From Bacteroidota bacterium (GTDB lineage: Bacteria > Bacteroidota > Bacteroidia > Flavobacteriales_D > JABDKJ01): DNA of 64,000 nt. Shown here in pieces: positions 29,369-39,192 of this stretch. The translations under genes were made by a program, and so were the position numbers. Location: the NCBI GenBank assembly GCA_024279715.1, contig JAJRRH010000072.1, positions 14,572 through 78,571 of the forward strand, in the 5' to 3' direction. The notes beneath the pieces were generated by a model, which saw only the letters and a list, made by a program, of their open reading frames with translations, was not told the DNA's origin and did not search any database. The first letter of the stretch is position 1; each line of letters opens with the position of its first letter.

Positions 29369-30091
29369 ATGAATCTTGTAATAGATATAGGTAACACACG
29401 GCTAAAAGTTGCTGTATTTCAACGGGAATCGATTAAGGATATAAGTTATTGTAAGCATAAAGACGCGGTTGGTATAATCAACGTAATATTGGGGGAATAT
29501 GCCATAACTAGGGCTATCGTCTCAAGTGTTGCCATCGAAATATCTGATATACTAGCTCTGTTATCAAACAATGATATAGAAGTCATCTTTTTTGATCGGA
29601 ATATTCCGTTGCCTATCGCAATAGACTATGACGTTAATTCATTTCCGGGACTTGACCGGATAGCAGATGCAGTAGCCATTTATAGTCTATCACAAAAGAA
29701 AAATAAACTTATAATTGATATTGGCACATGTATAACCTATAATTACGTACTGGAGAATAGATTTGTTGGGGGTGCCATCTCACCCGGTCTACACATGCGA
29801 TATAAGTCCATGAATACTTTTACTGAAAGATTGCCGTTAGTACAAGAGCGTAGAAAAATTAAGCTCATAGGTTCAAGCACAAAAGAATCCATTCAATCTG
29901 GTGTTATTAATGGAATAACTATGGAAATTCAAGGAATCTGTAACCAGTTTGAAACAGAATATAATGACACTGAAACTTGTATAACTGGTGGGGATGGTAT
30001 TTTTTTTGCAGAAGGACTTAAAAATACCATCTTTGCAGACCCAAATCTTACGTTGAAGGGCTTAAATAAAATATTGCTATTTAATAAATGA
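29369..30091 (+). CDS. coaX: Type III pantothenate kinase
   Basis: MNLVIDIGNTRLKVAVF start and IIDIGTCITY / GGDG blocks of the ASKHA-fold CoaX family. Confidence 0.9.
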   Translation: MNLVIDIGNTRLKVAVFQRESIKDISYCKHKDAVGIINVILGEYAITRAIVSSVAIEISDILALLSNNDIEVIFFDRNIPLPIAIDYDVNSFPGLDRIADAVAIYSLSQKKNKLIIDIGTCITYNYVLENRFVGGAISPGLHMRYKSMNTFTERLPLVQERRKIKLIGSSTKESIQSGVINGITMEIQGICNQFETEYNDTETCITGGDGIFFAEGLKNTIFADPNLTLKGLNKILLFNK

Positions 30092-31491
30092 AAATACGAA
30101 TACTTACTTTACTGTTGTGCCTTTTTACTGTCGCTGTAAATGCGCAAGTAACAAACTCTTCTGTTTACTCTCGATTTGCATTGGGTGATGTTCATTTAGG
30201 AGCCTTTACCAAACAACAGGGCATGGCAGGATTATCCTACGGAATAGCAAATCCATTATTTATAAATATAAATAATCCGGCTTCTCTTGCATTTACAATT
30301 CAGCCGACTTATACATTTGGCATCAAACATGAACAAGTAACAGCTTCAAACACAACGGACAATCAAAAAAACAGTTATACGCAGATTGATAATTTCGCTT
30401 TGTCTTTTCCTTTTGCTAAAACCAAAGGAGGAATAGCATTAGGATTTATTCCCTTTACAACTATGGGATACCAATATACAGATAGCGTTAATGTTGATGG
30501 AGTTGAATCCCCAGTAAAATTAAATTATGATGGTAAAGGAGGAATAAGTAACTTCTTTATAAAAGGAGGGTACAGAGCTACAGTAGGAAGAGATACTTCA
30601 ATCTTTAAACAGCACAATTATTTAAGTGTTGGACTTGGACTTAAGTATTATTTTGGTTCAGTAACAAAATCTAAGCGGGTTGAATTTCCTGTTGGTGAAG
30701 GTTTTGTCAATAGCTTTATTGCGGATCGCACCACTTATAATGACCTTGGGTTAGACTATGGTCTTTTTTACAGAGCCTACTTGATGAGAAAAAAGAACTC
30801 AAGCAAAGAGTCAGCTTTAATTTTAAACGTGGGGATGAGCTACCAGCCGTCATTTAACTTGGCTGGGGTAAAAAGTAAAGATGTATTTTCCTATACACAA
30901 AATGTATCAGGAGAGGAGACCCCAATAGACTCTATAAGTTCAGCAAGAGACCAAAAGGGATACGCTAAACTACCAAATTCAAAAGGTATGGGATTTTCTT
31001 TGGACTACAATTTTGTGCCTAAGAATAAAGATTTCCAACGTAATATACTTTTTGGTGTGGATTACTCAATGAATAATTGGAGTGATTTCGAAACGAATTT
31101 CTTTGAGATTAATGAATTTAATGAAGTAACAGACAATACTAACCTTATAATTGGAATTCAATATAGACCAAATATTAGTTTTTTGAAAGTCGATAACTAT
31201 TTTCAAATGTGTACTTATAGGATGGGTTATAGGTCATCTACACAGTTTTTAACCCTTAATGGACGGGCAATAACTGAAAATGGCATAAATCTTGGTATTA
31301 GTCTACCGCTAGTGTACGGCTTGAAGCAAAAGGATTCAGATTCTAGTCTTGATATAAGTCTAGGTTTTGGGTCAAGAGGTACAATTACCGATGCGCTAAT
31401 TAAGGAAGACTATTTTAGATTGATGGTAGGATTCAGTTTCCATCCTATACAGAAATACGACAAGTGGTTTAGAAAAAGTAAATACGATTAA
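30088..31491 (+). CDS. Predicted outer-membrane beta-barrel protein, function unknown
   Basis: Signal peptide ...VAVNAQV, alternating beta-strand pattern throughout and an aromatic-rich C-terminus. It overlaps coaX by 4 nt (ATGA), suggesting co-transcription. Confidence 0.6.
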   Translation: MKIRILTLLLCLFTVAVNAQVTNSSVYSRFALGDVHLGAFTKQQGMAGLSYGIANPLFININNPASLAFTIQPTYTFGIKHEQVTASNTTDNQKNSYTQIDNFALSFPFAKTKGGIALGFIPFTTMGYQYTDSVNVDGVESPVKLNYDGKGGISNFFIKGGYRATVGRDTSIFKQHNYLSVGLGLKYYFGSVTKSKRVEFPVGEGFVNSFIADRTTYNDLGLDYGLFYRAYLMRKKNSSKESALILNVGMSYQPSFNLAGVKSKDVFSYTQNVSGEETPIDSISSARDQKGYAKLPNSKGMGFSLDYNFVPKNKDFQRNILFGVDYSMNNWSDFETNFFEINEFNEVTDNTNLIIGIQYRPNISFLKVDNYFQMCTYRMGYRSSTQFLTLNGRAITENGINLGISLPLVYGLKQKDSDSSLDISLGFGSRGTITDALIKEDYFRLMVGFSFHPIQKYDKWFRKSKYD

Positions 31492-31502
31492 ATAAAAGTG
31501 AT

Positions 31503-32837
31503 ATGAAAAACAAGATAATTTTAGCAGTACTAGGAGTTTTAATGAGTGTTGGATCTCTTTCAGCGCAAAAAACCAAATACGATTATGGTACAGACAGCGT
31601 TAGTTGTGTAAAGAACCTTTTCCTGGTTCAGGAATTCATTAAGCAAAAGAATTATATTGATGCTTACGAGCCATGGAATCATTGTGTCACAGAATGTCCT
31701 AAATCAAGAAAAAGCTTATACACCAAAGGGGAGAAGATGTTGAAGGCTCTTATTAAAGAAGCTAAGGATGACACAAAGAAAGCAGAGTATATCGACAAGC
31801 TTATGTTTCTATATGACACTCGTATAGCTTCATTTGGACGTGAAGGATATGTCCTTGGAAAAAAAGGTTCTAATATGTACAAGTATCAGCCGGAGAAGGT
31901 GGCAGAGGCTATTGTCATTATGAAAAAATCTATTGACATGGAAGGAAATGATTCCAAAGCGGCTGTTATTTCTAAATATTTCTCCGCAATATACAATGAG
32001 TTTAAAGATGGAAATGCACCTGTAGAGACCTTGCTAAATGAGTATATCGTGGTATCTGAGATTATCAATCATAACCTGACCACCTTAGATCCGAATGATG
32101 AGAAACAAGCAAAATCTATAAAAGGATACAAAACGACTAAAAACAACGTGGATACATATTTCATTGCAGTTGCTGAATGCGATGACATCGTAAAATTGTT
32201 TAAAGAAAAATTAGAAGCTAATCCTGAAGATTTAGAATTAAATAAAAAAGCACTGTCTATCATGAATAGAAAAGACTGTACTGACTCTGAGTTATTCATT
32301 CCAGTCGCTTCATTTGTTCATAAAACTGAACCTACTTGGGAATCAGCATACGGACTTGGGAAGGCATACGTAAAGAAACGTGAAAATTCAAAAGCCCTTC
32401 CTTATTTCGAGCAAGCCATTGAGCTTTGTGGAGACTGTTCCGATAAGGAAGCTCTAGTTAAGAGTGCTGGATTGTTAGCAATATCAGTTGGTAAAACCGG
32501 AAAAGCTCAGGCACTTGCTAGTCAATTGCTGAAGATAAACCCTAACAACGGAACGGCATATATCATTAAAGGGGATATCATTAGAAAAAAAGCTGGTGCT
32601 TGTGGAGCGGATAAACTTAGTGGCGCTTCAGTATACTGGTTAGCTGCCGACTATTATTCCAAAGCAAAAGCAGTAGACTCTTCTGAGAAAACAAAAGCTA
32701 CCGCTAACAAAAGACTTGGGATATGCGCTAATCATTACCCAACCAAGGAGGACTTATTCTTTATAGGATTAAAAGCCGGAGATAGCTATACAGTGCCATG
32801 TGTTGGTGAGAAAACTACCATTAGGAAAAGCAACTAA
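31503..32837 (+). CDS. Secreted tetratricopeptide-repeat (TPR) protein
   Basis: Signal peptide. TPR-like helical repeats include AYGLGKAYVKKRENSKALPYFEQAIEL and AQALASQLLKINPNNGTAYIIKGDI. Confidence 0.65.
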   Translation: MKNKIILAVLGVLMSVGSLSAQKTKYDYGTDSVSCVKNLFLVQEFIKQKNYIDAYEPWNHCVTECPKSRKSLYTKGEKMLKALIKEAKDDTKKAEYIDKLMFLYDTRIASFGREGYVLGKKGSNMYKYQPEKVAEAIVIMKKSIDMEGNDSKAAVISKYFSAIYNEFKDGNAPVETLLNEYIVVSEIINHNLTTLDPNDEKQAKSIKGYKTTKNNVDTYFIAVAECDDIVKLFKEKLEANPEDLELNKKALSIMNRKDCTDSELFIPVASFVHKTEPTWESAYGLGKAYVKKRENSKALPYFEQAIELCGDCSDKEALVKSAGLLAISVGKTGKAQALASQLLKINPNNGTAYIIKGDIIRKKAGACGADKLSGASVYWLAADYYSKAKAVDSSEKTKATANKRLGICANHYPTKEDLFFIGLKAGDSYTVPCVGEKTTIRKSN

Positions 32838-32842
32838 GAACT

Positions 32843-33388
32843 GTGTCAATTAGAAAAACATCATATATCCTCATCATTTCAATGATGGGGATATTTTTTT
32901 CTTGTCAAAATGACATGGATGTGATTACTGATATAGCCGGGGATGATACTGAACCATCGCAAATAATCCATAATGCTGAATATCATTTCACCGAAAAAGG
33001 AAAGATAAAGAACAAATTGTTTGCTGGTGTCATGAAGCAATACAATCAAGATTCATCCTACGTGGTTATTGAGGATGGACTCAAGCTTGAAATCTATGAT
33101 AGTCAGATGAAGCTTAATGCACAATTGACCTCAAAGCGTGGTTTGTTTTATGAACAAAGCGCCAGAATGGAAGCCCTGGATAGTGTAGTCTTTTCAAATA
33201 CGGGTGGAGAAAAACTTTTAACCCAAAGATTGGTTTGGTTGCAAGATAGTGCCACCATGTACTCTGTAGATCCGATAACAATACACCGTAACAATGGGGT
33301 GATATATGGTGATGGAATTGTTTCCAATGAATCGTTTACAAAATATACCATTCTCAAGCCAAGAGGAGAATTAGAAATCAAACAATAA
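32843..33388 (+). CDS. lptC: LPS export system periplasmic/anchored component LptC-like
   Basis: Size, N-terminal anchor/lipobox (IFFSC) and an OstA-like beta pattern. The context between an OM protein/TPR gene and a ppiD-like gene is conserved in Flavobacteriia as I recall. GTG start. Confidence 0.6.
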   Translation: MSIRKTSYILIISMMGIFFSCQNDMDVITDIAGDDTEPSQIIHNAEYHFTEKGKIKNKLFAGVMKQYNQDSSYVVIEDGLKLEIYDSQMKLNAQLTSKRGLFYEQSARMEALDSVVFSNTGGEKLLTQRLVWLQDSATMYSVDPITIHRNNGVIYGDGIVSNESFTKYTILKPRGELEIKQ

Positions 33389-33607
33389 GTGAAAATGAAA
33401 ACAAGTAAAATTACGCTATTGATGGAGAAATTTTGGTTGGTCGTGGCTATCCTTACGACATGTTATGCGCTATACCTATTCTTTTCTGGTCATGAAGTAC
33501 GCACCATAGAATATGTTTTTCCCATCATCACATTCGTATTGTTTTTCACACGTCGATCCATGCGAAAGAGAATAGAAGCCGTAGGTAATTATGAGGAAAA
33601 AGAGTAA
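33389..33607 (+). CDS. Small two-TM membrane protein, function unknown
   Basis: Two hydrophobic helices (FWLVVAILTTCYALYLFF and VFPIITFVLFF) and a basic C-terminus. It abuts the lptC stop. Start is GTG at 33389 or ATG at 33395. Confidence 0.5.
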   Translation: MKMKTSKITLLMEKFWLVVAILTTCYALYLFFSGHEVRTIEYVFPIITFVLFFTRRSMRKRIEAVGNYEEKE

Positions 33608-33660
33608 TTCATGTCTGTGGACTCAAAAAAATAAATACCTTTGATGTCATTGATACAGCT

Positions 33661-34917
33661 ATGGACTACTATTACATAATCATCATTCTTTCATTGCTGT
33701 GTTCCGCCTTGTTTTCCGGAACTGAAATCGCCTTTATATCTTCCAATAAACTACAAATTGAGCTAGGGAAAAAGCAAGGCCATATAGCGGATCGAATCCT
33801 GTCTTGGTTTAATAAAAGGAAGTCAACATTCATTGCGGCGATGTTAGTGGGCAATAATTTTGCGCTTGTGGCCTATGCCTACTTTATGGAGAAAAAATTA
33901 ACGCCACCTATTGAAGGACTATGGGATAATCTTGTGTTTGTCCTTCTCGCCCAAACCTTCGTTTCAAGTATAGTTGTGCTTTTTGTCGCTGAATTCTTGC
34001 CTAAAACTATCTTTAGAATTAACCCTAACAGAACACTCCATTTCTTTCTGATACCCATCGTGTTAGCCTATTTTGTATTGCTCCTACCTGCCATCTTAAT
34101 TTCTTTGTTATCTGAGTTTATAATCAAAACATTTACAAAAATCGAAAAACAAGAAACAGAGACTGTGTTAGGACGTGTGGATCTAGATAATTACTTCTCT
34201 GAAATGGAGCTCCACAAATCCGATACATCTGAGATGGAAAATGAAGTGCAGATATTCCAAAATGCTCTCGATTTCGGAAAAACCAAAGCAAGAGATATAA
34301 TGATACCCAGAAATGAGGTGGTTGCTATGGATATTACAGACAATATAGAGCGCCTAAAAGAAAATTTCCTTTCTTCAGGTCTTTCTAAAATACTTATATT
34401 CAAGGGGCAAATCGATAATATTATTGGCTATGTGCATAACAGGGAATTATTTAAAAAGCCAAAATCAATAAAATCAATCTTACTTCCTCTAACAATAATA
34501 CCAGAATCTAAATTGGCAAGTGATATCCTAAAGCAATTCACAAGACAAAAGCAAAGTATGGCAGTGGTTGTTGACGAGTATGGCGGAACAGCAGGGATAT
34601 TAACCATAGAGGATGTTGTGGAAGAGATATTTGGAGAGATTGAAGATGAGCATGATACAGAGCAGTTAATAGAAAGAAAACTAAGTGATAACGCTTATTT
34701 ATTCTCCGCACGCCATGAATTGGATACATTGATTGAGAAGTATAATCTACCCATTACTGAATCAGATGAGTACGACACACTTGCTGGTTTAGTCTTGTAT
34801 CATAGCAAGAACATTCCCCTGAAAAATGAAAAAATATACTTAGAAGAAGTTATAATTGAAGTTATAGAGGTGAGTGTCAATAAAATCGAATTATTAAAGC
34901 TTACTATAAAACAATAA
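33661..34917 (+). CDS. CNNM / hemolysin-family protein (DUF21 membrane domain - CBS pair - CorC_HlyC domain)
   Basis: Four N-terminal TM helices, a CBS region (ARDIMIPRNEVVAMD...), a MAVVVDEYGGTAGILTIEDVVEEIFGEIEDE block and a CorC_HlyC-like tail. Confidence 0.85.
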   Translation: MDYYYIIIILSLLCSALFSGTEIAFISSNKLQIELGKKQGHIADRILSWFNKRKSTFIAAMLVGNNFALVAYAYFMEKKLTPPIEGLWDNLVFVLLAQTFVSSIVVLFVAEFLPKTIFRINPNRTLHFFLIPIVLAYFVLLLPAILISLLSEFIIKTFTKIEKQETETVLGRVDLDNYFSEMELHKSDTSEMENEVQIFQNALDFGKTKARDIMIPRNEVVAMDITDNIERLKENFLSSGLSKILIFKGQIDNIIGYVHNRELFKKPKSIKSILLPLTIIPESKLASDILKQFTRQKQSMAVVVDEYGGTAGILTIEDVVEEIFGEIEDEHDTEQLIERKLSDNAYLFSARHELDTLIEKYNLPITESDEYDTLAGLVLYHSKNIPLKNEKIYLEEVIIEVIEVSVNKIELLKLTIKQ

Positions 34918-34988
34918 AAAGGGCTTTCATTTATCAAATAGCCGTCGTATATTCGCAGCCCCTTTTAAAATGAAAAAGAACAAAGAAA

Positions 34989-37064
34989 ATGGCAGTAATA
35001 GGTAGTATAAGAAAAAGATCAGGATTATTAATAATACTTATAGGAATGGCAATATTGCTGTTCGTTTTAGGAGATGCCTTAGGAAGTGGAGGCCTGTTTT
35101 CAGGGAGCATACCTTCAGTGGGTACCATAAATGGTGAGCAAGTAGATATTAATGAATTGGAAGCTGAAGCAGCTCGAATTGAACAATTATATGCCACATA
35201 TAACAGCAATATCACTAGAGATCAAGCCCGAAAGCAAGCTTGGGGCAACATGGTGCGTGATAGAGTATTCTATAAAAGTGTTAAAAGCGCTGGTATTCAA
35301 GTGACAGAAGATGAATTTGACGATATTCGTTGGGGAGACGGTGTTTTAGACGAAATCTCAAAAGAAGCTCGATTCAATGGTCCTAACGGAAGACTCTCAC
35401 CAGATTCAGTTCAACAGTATTATGCATTAGTCTATAAGAACAGACCTGAAATTTATGTACAAGAAAAGAAAAGATTGATAGAAAGTCAACTGACTAATAA
35501 ATTCAACACATTGGTGGGTAAAAGTGTTTACTACAACAAGATTGATGGTATGGATAATGCAAAAGGCTCTACACATAAAGTGTCTTTTCAGTTTGCAGGC
35601 AAAAATTTCAATAGCATTCCTGATAGTACCATTACTGTGGATGAAGATCGCCTTCGCACATATTTCAATGAACATAAGAATGATAAGAGTCTTGAACAAG
35701 TAGAGTCAAGGAATATCGACTTTGTTGCATTTAAAGTAGAAGCTACTGAAGCTGATATTAACGCAATCAGAGAAAACATGATGAGTCTTAAAGATGAATT
35801 TAGAAATGGCACTAATGATTCAACATTCGTACTCATAAATAGTGATATAGCTGCCTTCCGTAAGACACCATACATCAGTGGCACACGTAGAGATAAGTTC
35901 GACGAGTTGATCGCGAATGGAAATGTAGGAGACGTAATAGGTCCTTTTAAAGAAGGAGATACCTTCAAGATATCAAAGATAGTTGGAAAAACAGAACCTG
36001 TAGAGGAAGCTAGAGTGCGACACATACTAATCAAATCAGCTGTTGATAATGATTTATTGAAAGGTAGATCAGACAGTATTTTAGCTGCAATCAAATCTGA
36101 TGTGAGTCAATTTGATGTTTTAGGAGCTAAATTTTCGGAAGACGGATTTGCAAGAAATCAAGGAGTATATGATTGGTTTCCAAAAGGTAAAATGGTGACA
36201 GAATTTGAGGATTTTAGTTTTAATAATCCTGAAGGTAGTATCGGTGTTGTTAAGACACAATTCGGATATCATATCATCGAAGTACTCGGGCGTAGAAGTG
36301 AGGTGAGATCCATAGTTGCAGATTTGACAAAAAACATAATCCCTTCAACAGAAACAGTAGATGCTGTTTATAACGAGGCAAGCAAGTTTGCAGTAGACCA
36401 TTCTACTGAAGATAAATTTATCGCTGGCGCTAAAGAGAATAACCTTAAAATTGTTAGTGTGCCTAATCTTGGTATGTCTGCTCAAGGAGTGGGTACTATT
36501 AGTAAAGCAAGAGAGGTGGTAAAGTGGGCATTCGAGGATGAAAGAGTTCAAGGAGAAGTCTCAAACTTATTCGACTTGGGTGACGATACAAACTTTATCA
36601 TAGCAAAATACATTTCCAAAAAGGAAAAAGGTATGCCGACATTTGAATCAGCGAAAGATGCGATTAAAATAGAGGTTATTAAAGAATTAAAAGCAGATCA
36701 GATCATCGCTTCTATTAGCGGTGCGGGAGATTTGAACGCAATTGCAACAACGTTAGGAACAGATGTGAAGAATGCTGAGAATATTTCATTTAATGCCTCT
36801 AGTGCTGCTGGAGTGCAGGACGCAGTATTAGTGGGTAAAGCTTTTTCTTTAGGTGAAGGAGAAGTTTCTGAACCTATACGAGGGTCAAATGGTGTATATG
36901 TGATAAAAGTATTAAGTAAAAATTTATCAGGAACAGAAGGAGGTGATTTCACTGTCAACCAAAATAACTTAATGAAACAAGTAGAAAAATCCATTATAGG
37001 TAAAATTCAAGCGGCTATGAATAAAGAAGCAGGTGTTGAGAATGTAATTGATAAATTTTATTAA
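34989..37064 (+). CDS. PpiD-like periplasmic peptidyl-prolyl isomerase / chaperone (SurA-N plus parvulin domain)
   Basis: N-terminal anchor MAVIGSIRKRSGLLIILIGMAILLF. Parvulin block RVRHILIK...FGYHIIEV. Confidence 0.85.
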   Translation: MAVIGSIRKRSGLLIILIGMAILLFVLGDALGSGGLFSGSIPSVGTINGEQVDINELEAEAARIEQLYATYNSNITRDQARKQAWGNMVRDRVFYKSVKSAGIQVTEDEFDDIRWGDGVLDEISKEARFNGPNGRLSPDSVQQYYALVYKNRPEIYVQEKKRLIESQLTNKFNTLVGKSVYYNKIDGMDNAKGSTHKVSFQFAGKNFNSIPDSTITVDEDRLRTYFNEHKNDKSLEQVESRNIDFVAFKVEATEADINAIRENMMSLKDEFRNGTNDSTFVLINSDIAAFRKTPYISGTRRDKFDELIANGNVGDVIGPFKEGDTFKISKIVGKTEPVEEARVRHILIKSAVDNDLLKGRSDSILAAIKSDVSQFDVLGAKFSEDGFARNQGVYDWFPKGKMVTEFEDFSFNNPEGSIGVVKTQFGYHIIEVLGRRSEVRSIVADLTKNIIPSTETVDAVYNEASKFAVDHSTEDKFIAGAKENNLKIVSVPNLGMSAQGVGTISKAREVVKWAFEDERVQGEVSNLFDLGDDTNFIIAKYISKKEKGMPTFESAKDAIKIEVIKELKADQIIASISGAGDLNAIATTLGTDVKNAENISFNASSAAGVQDAVLVGKAFSLGEGEVSEPIRGSNGVYVIKVLSKNLSGTEGGDFTVNQNNLMKQVEKSIIGKIQAAMNKEAGVENVIDKFY

Positions 37065-37092
37065 ATCAAGATATTCATATAAAACTATATGG

Positions 37093-37118
37093 AAAGGACT
37101 CGTGAGAGTCCTTTTTTT
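37093..37118 (+). terminator. Intrinsic terminator after the ppiD-like gene
   Basis: Stem AAAGGACTC/GAGTCCTTT with GTGA loop, followed by a T-run. Confidence 0.8.
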
Positions 37119-37170
37119 GGTTAATATTTTCCTTCATGTCTCCTTGACTGAAATGGAATTGATAAGAAAT

Positions 37171-37200
37171 AAAAAAAGGGTTGATATCACTATCAACCCC
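37171..37200 (-). terminator. Orphan intrinsic terminator oriented for the minus strand
   Basis: Stem GGGTTGATA/TATCAACCC (37178-37186 / 37191-37199). The plus-strand A7 (37171-37177) gives T7 after the stem on the minus strand. There is no T-run on the plus-strand side and no annotated minus-strand gene upstream of it. Confidence 0.55.
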
Positions 37201-37397
37201 TAAAACTCCTTAAATTATTCCTTCTCACATATCCAATCTACACAATCATTCTCTAATTATCCAACTGCACATTCTCTCTTCACAGTTTAATTTAGGTTGT
37301 TTTTATAAAACTAATTACAAGATATAAAACGCAAATTTCGGAAGAAGGTTACAAGAATCAATACACATATTTTTTTTAATAGCATAGCGTATAAGTA

Positions 37398-37428
37398 TTG
37401 CGGAATTCTTGCTAAAATCGTAACTTTG
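37398..37428 (+). promoter_or_regulatory. Promoter for the phosphoglucomutase gene: (A)TTG-N20-TAACTTTG
   Basis: TAACTTTG (37421-37428) matches TAnnTTTG. The ATG at 37435 is only 6 nt downstream, which implies a leaderless or near-leaderless mRNA. Confidence 0.45.
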
Positions 37429-37434
37429 AGCAAA

Positions 37435-39171
37435 ATGATACCAATGACTGACAAAGAAATTATCAAGAAAGCAAGCCAATGGCTTTCTCCTGTATTTAAT
37501 GCACAAACCCGTGAGGAAGTAACCCGAATGATTGTTAACGATCAAGAAGAGTTATTTGAGTGCTTCTATCGTGAGTTAGAGTTTGGTACTGGTGGTATGA
37601 GGGGTAAGATGGGTGTCGGAACAAACCGAATCAACATCTATACCATAGGTATCGCTACGCAAGGATTATCCAATTACCTTATGAAGCAATACGCAGATAG
37701 CCCTAGTAAAATTGCGATTGCTTTTGATTCAAGAAATAACAGTAGTCTTTATGCGACAAAAGCAGCAGAGATACTATCTGCTAACGGTCATATGGTCTAT
37801 ATTTTTGAAGAATTGAGGCCTACGCCTATCTTAAGCTTTGCTGTGCGTGAACTTGGATGCCAGGCAGGCATTGTGATCACAGCATCTCATAATCCAAAAG
37901 AGTATAATGGCTATAAAGTATATTGGGCAGATGGAGGGCAACTCGTTCCACCACATGACAAGGGAATTATTGAAGAGGTACGGAATATTTCCGGGCCTGA
38001 AAGTGTGAATATGAGCGCCAATCATAGTATGATTAAAACTATCGGAAATGACATAGATATAAAATATCTAGGACTTATTAAAAGCAGATTAATCAATCCC
38101 AACCTCACTAATGAACGAGCGGATTTAAAAATTGTTTTTACTTCTTTACATGGCACTGGAATTACTCTTGTGCCACCAATGTTAAAAATTGCTGGGTATA
38201 AGAAGGTTCATATTGTTAGAGAGCAGAGTGTGCCGGATGGTGATTTCCCTACCGTAAAATCGCCTAACCCTGAAGAAAAAGCTGCTCTTGCAATAGGACT
38301 TGAACAGGCAAATGAACAGAACGCTGACATATTATTAGGTACAGATCCCGATGCCGATAGAGTGGGTATGGCAATACGAAATTCGCAAGGGGAACTTGAA
38401 TTGCTTAATGGAAATCAAGCAGCAGCTCTGTTAATATACTATTTGCTAAGTCGAAAAAAGGAAGATGGGATTGATATGTCTCGATCGTTTATTGCTAAAA
38501 CTATTGTGACTTCTGAGATATTAACCGACCTTGCCGATCACTTTAATGTCAATATTTATCATACTCTGACAGGTTTTAAGTTTATTTCCGAACTAATAAA
38601 AAATAAAGAGGGAGAAGAAAAATTCATCGGAGGAGGCGAAGAAAGTTATGGATACCTTGTGGATGATTTTGTAAGAGATAAAGATGCTGTTATTTCTTCG
38701 GTAATGTTGTGTGAAATGGCATGTTGGGCAAAATCAAAAGGAAAATCAGTATGGGAACTACTGGAAGAAATATATTCGATTACAGGTCTGTATAAAGAAG
38801 ACTTAGTATCTCTAGTAAAAGAAGGCTCTGCAGGTTTCAAAGAGATTCAAGACATAATGAATCAATGGAGACATAATTCACCGAAAGAAATAGCAGGAGA
38901 GAAAGTGACTAGACTTATTGATTATAAAATGGGAATCCAAAAATTTAAGCCTGCAGGTAATATTTCCGCTATTGATTTCCCTAAATCAAATGTACTTCAA
39001 TTTATAACGAGTGAAGGTAGTAAAATCACAGTTCGACCTTCTGGTACTGAACCAAAAATAAAATTCTATATAAGCGTGAAATCGAATTACTTAAAAGCTG
39101 AATCTCTCTCGATACAGTACAATAAACTAGATGAAAAAATAAATAGAATAAAAGAAGATCTGGGTGTTTAA
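37435..39171 (+). CDS. Phosphoglucomutase / phosphomannomutase-family phospho-sugar mutase
   Basis: TASHNPKEYNGYKVY (active-site Ser loop), GTDPDADR (metal loop) and GGEESYG (sugar loop). The ORF track starts at TTG 37426. The ATG at 37435 is preferred because the TTG lies inside the promoter box. Confidence 0.9.
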   Translation: MIPMTDKEIIKKASQWLSPVFNAQTREEVTRMIVNDQEELFECFYRELEFGTGGMRGKMGVGTNRINIYTIGIATQGLSNYLMKQYADSPSKIAIAFDSRNNSSLYATKAAEILSANGHMVYIFEELRPTPILSFAVRELGCQAGIVITASHNPKEYNGYKVYWADGGQLVPPHDKGIIEEVRNISGPESVNMSANHSMIKTIGNDIDIKYLGLIKSRLINPNLTNERADLKIVFTSLHGTGITLVPPMLKIAGYKKVHIVREQSVPDGDFPTVKSPNPEEKAALAIGLEQANEQNADILLGTDPDADRVGMAIRNSQGELELLNGNQAAALLIYYLLSRKKEDGIDMSRSFIAKTIVTSEILTDLADHFNVNIYHTLTGFKFISELIKNKEGEEKFIGGGEESYGYLVDDFVRDKDAVISSVMLCEMACWAKSKGKSVWELLEEIYSITGLYKEDLVSLVKEGSAGFKEIQDIMNQWRHNSPKEIAGEKVTRLIDYKMGIQKFKPAGNISAIDFPKSNVLQFITSEGSKITVRPSGTEPKIKFYISVKSNYLKAESLSIQYNKLDEKINRIKEDLGV

Positions 39172-39192
39172 CAGGTTAATTGTTAATGACTT

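Noticed and set aside
35588-36094. 168-aa minus-strand ORF antisense to the ppiD-like gene
   Set aside because: It is a shadow ORF. The sense strand carries clear SurA-N/parvulin motifs, and the antisense translation is low-complexity S/L-rich.
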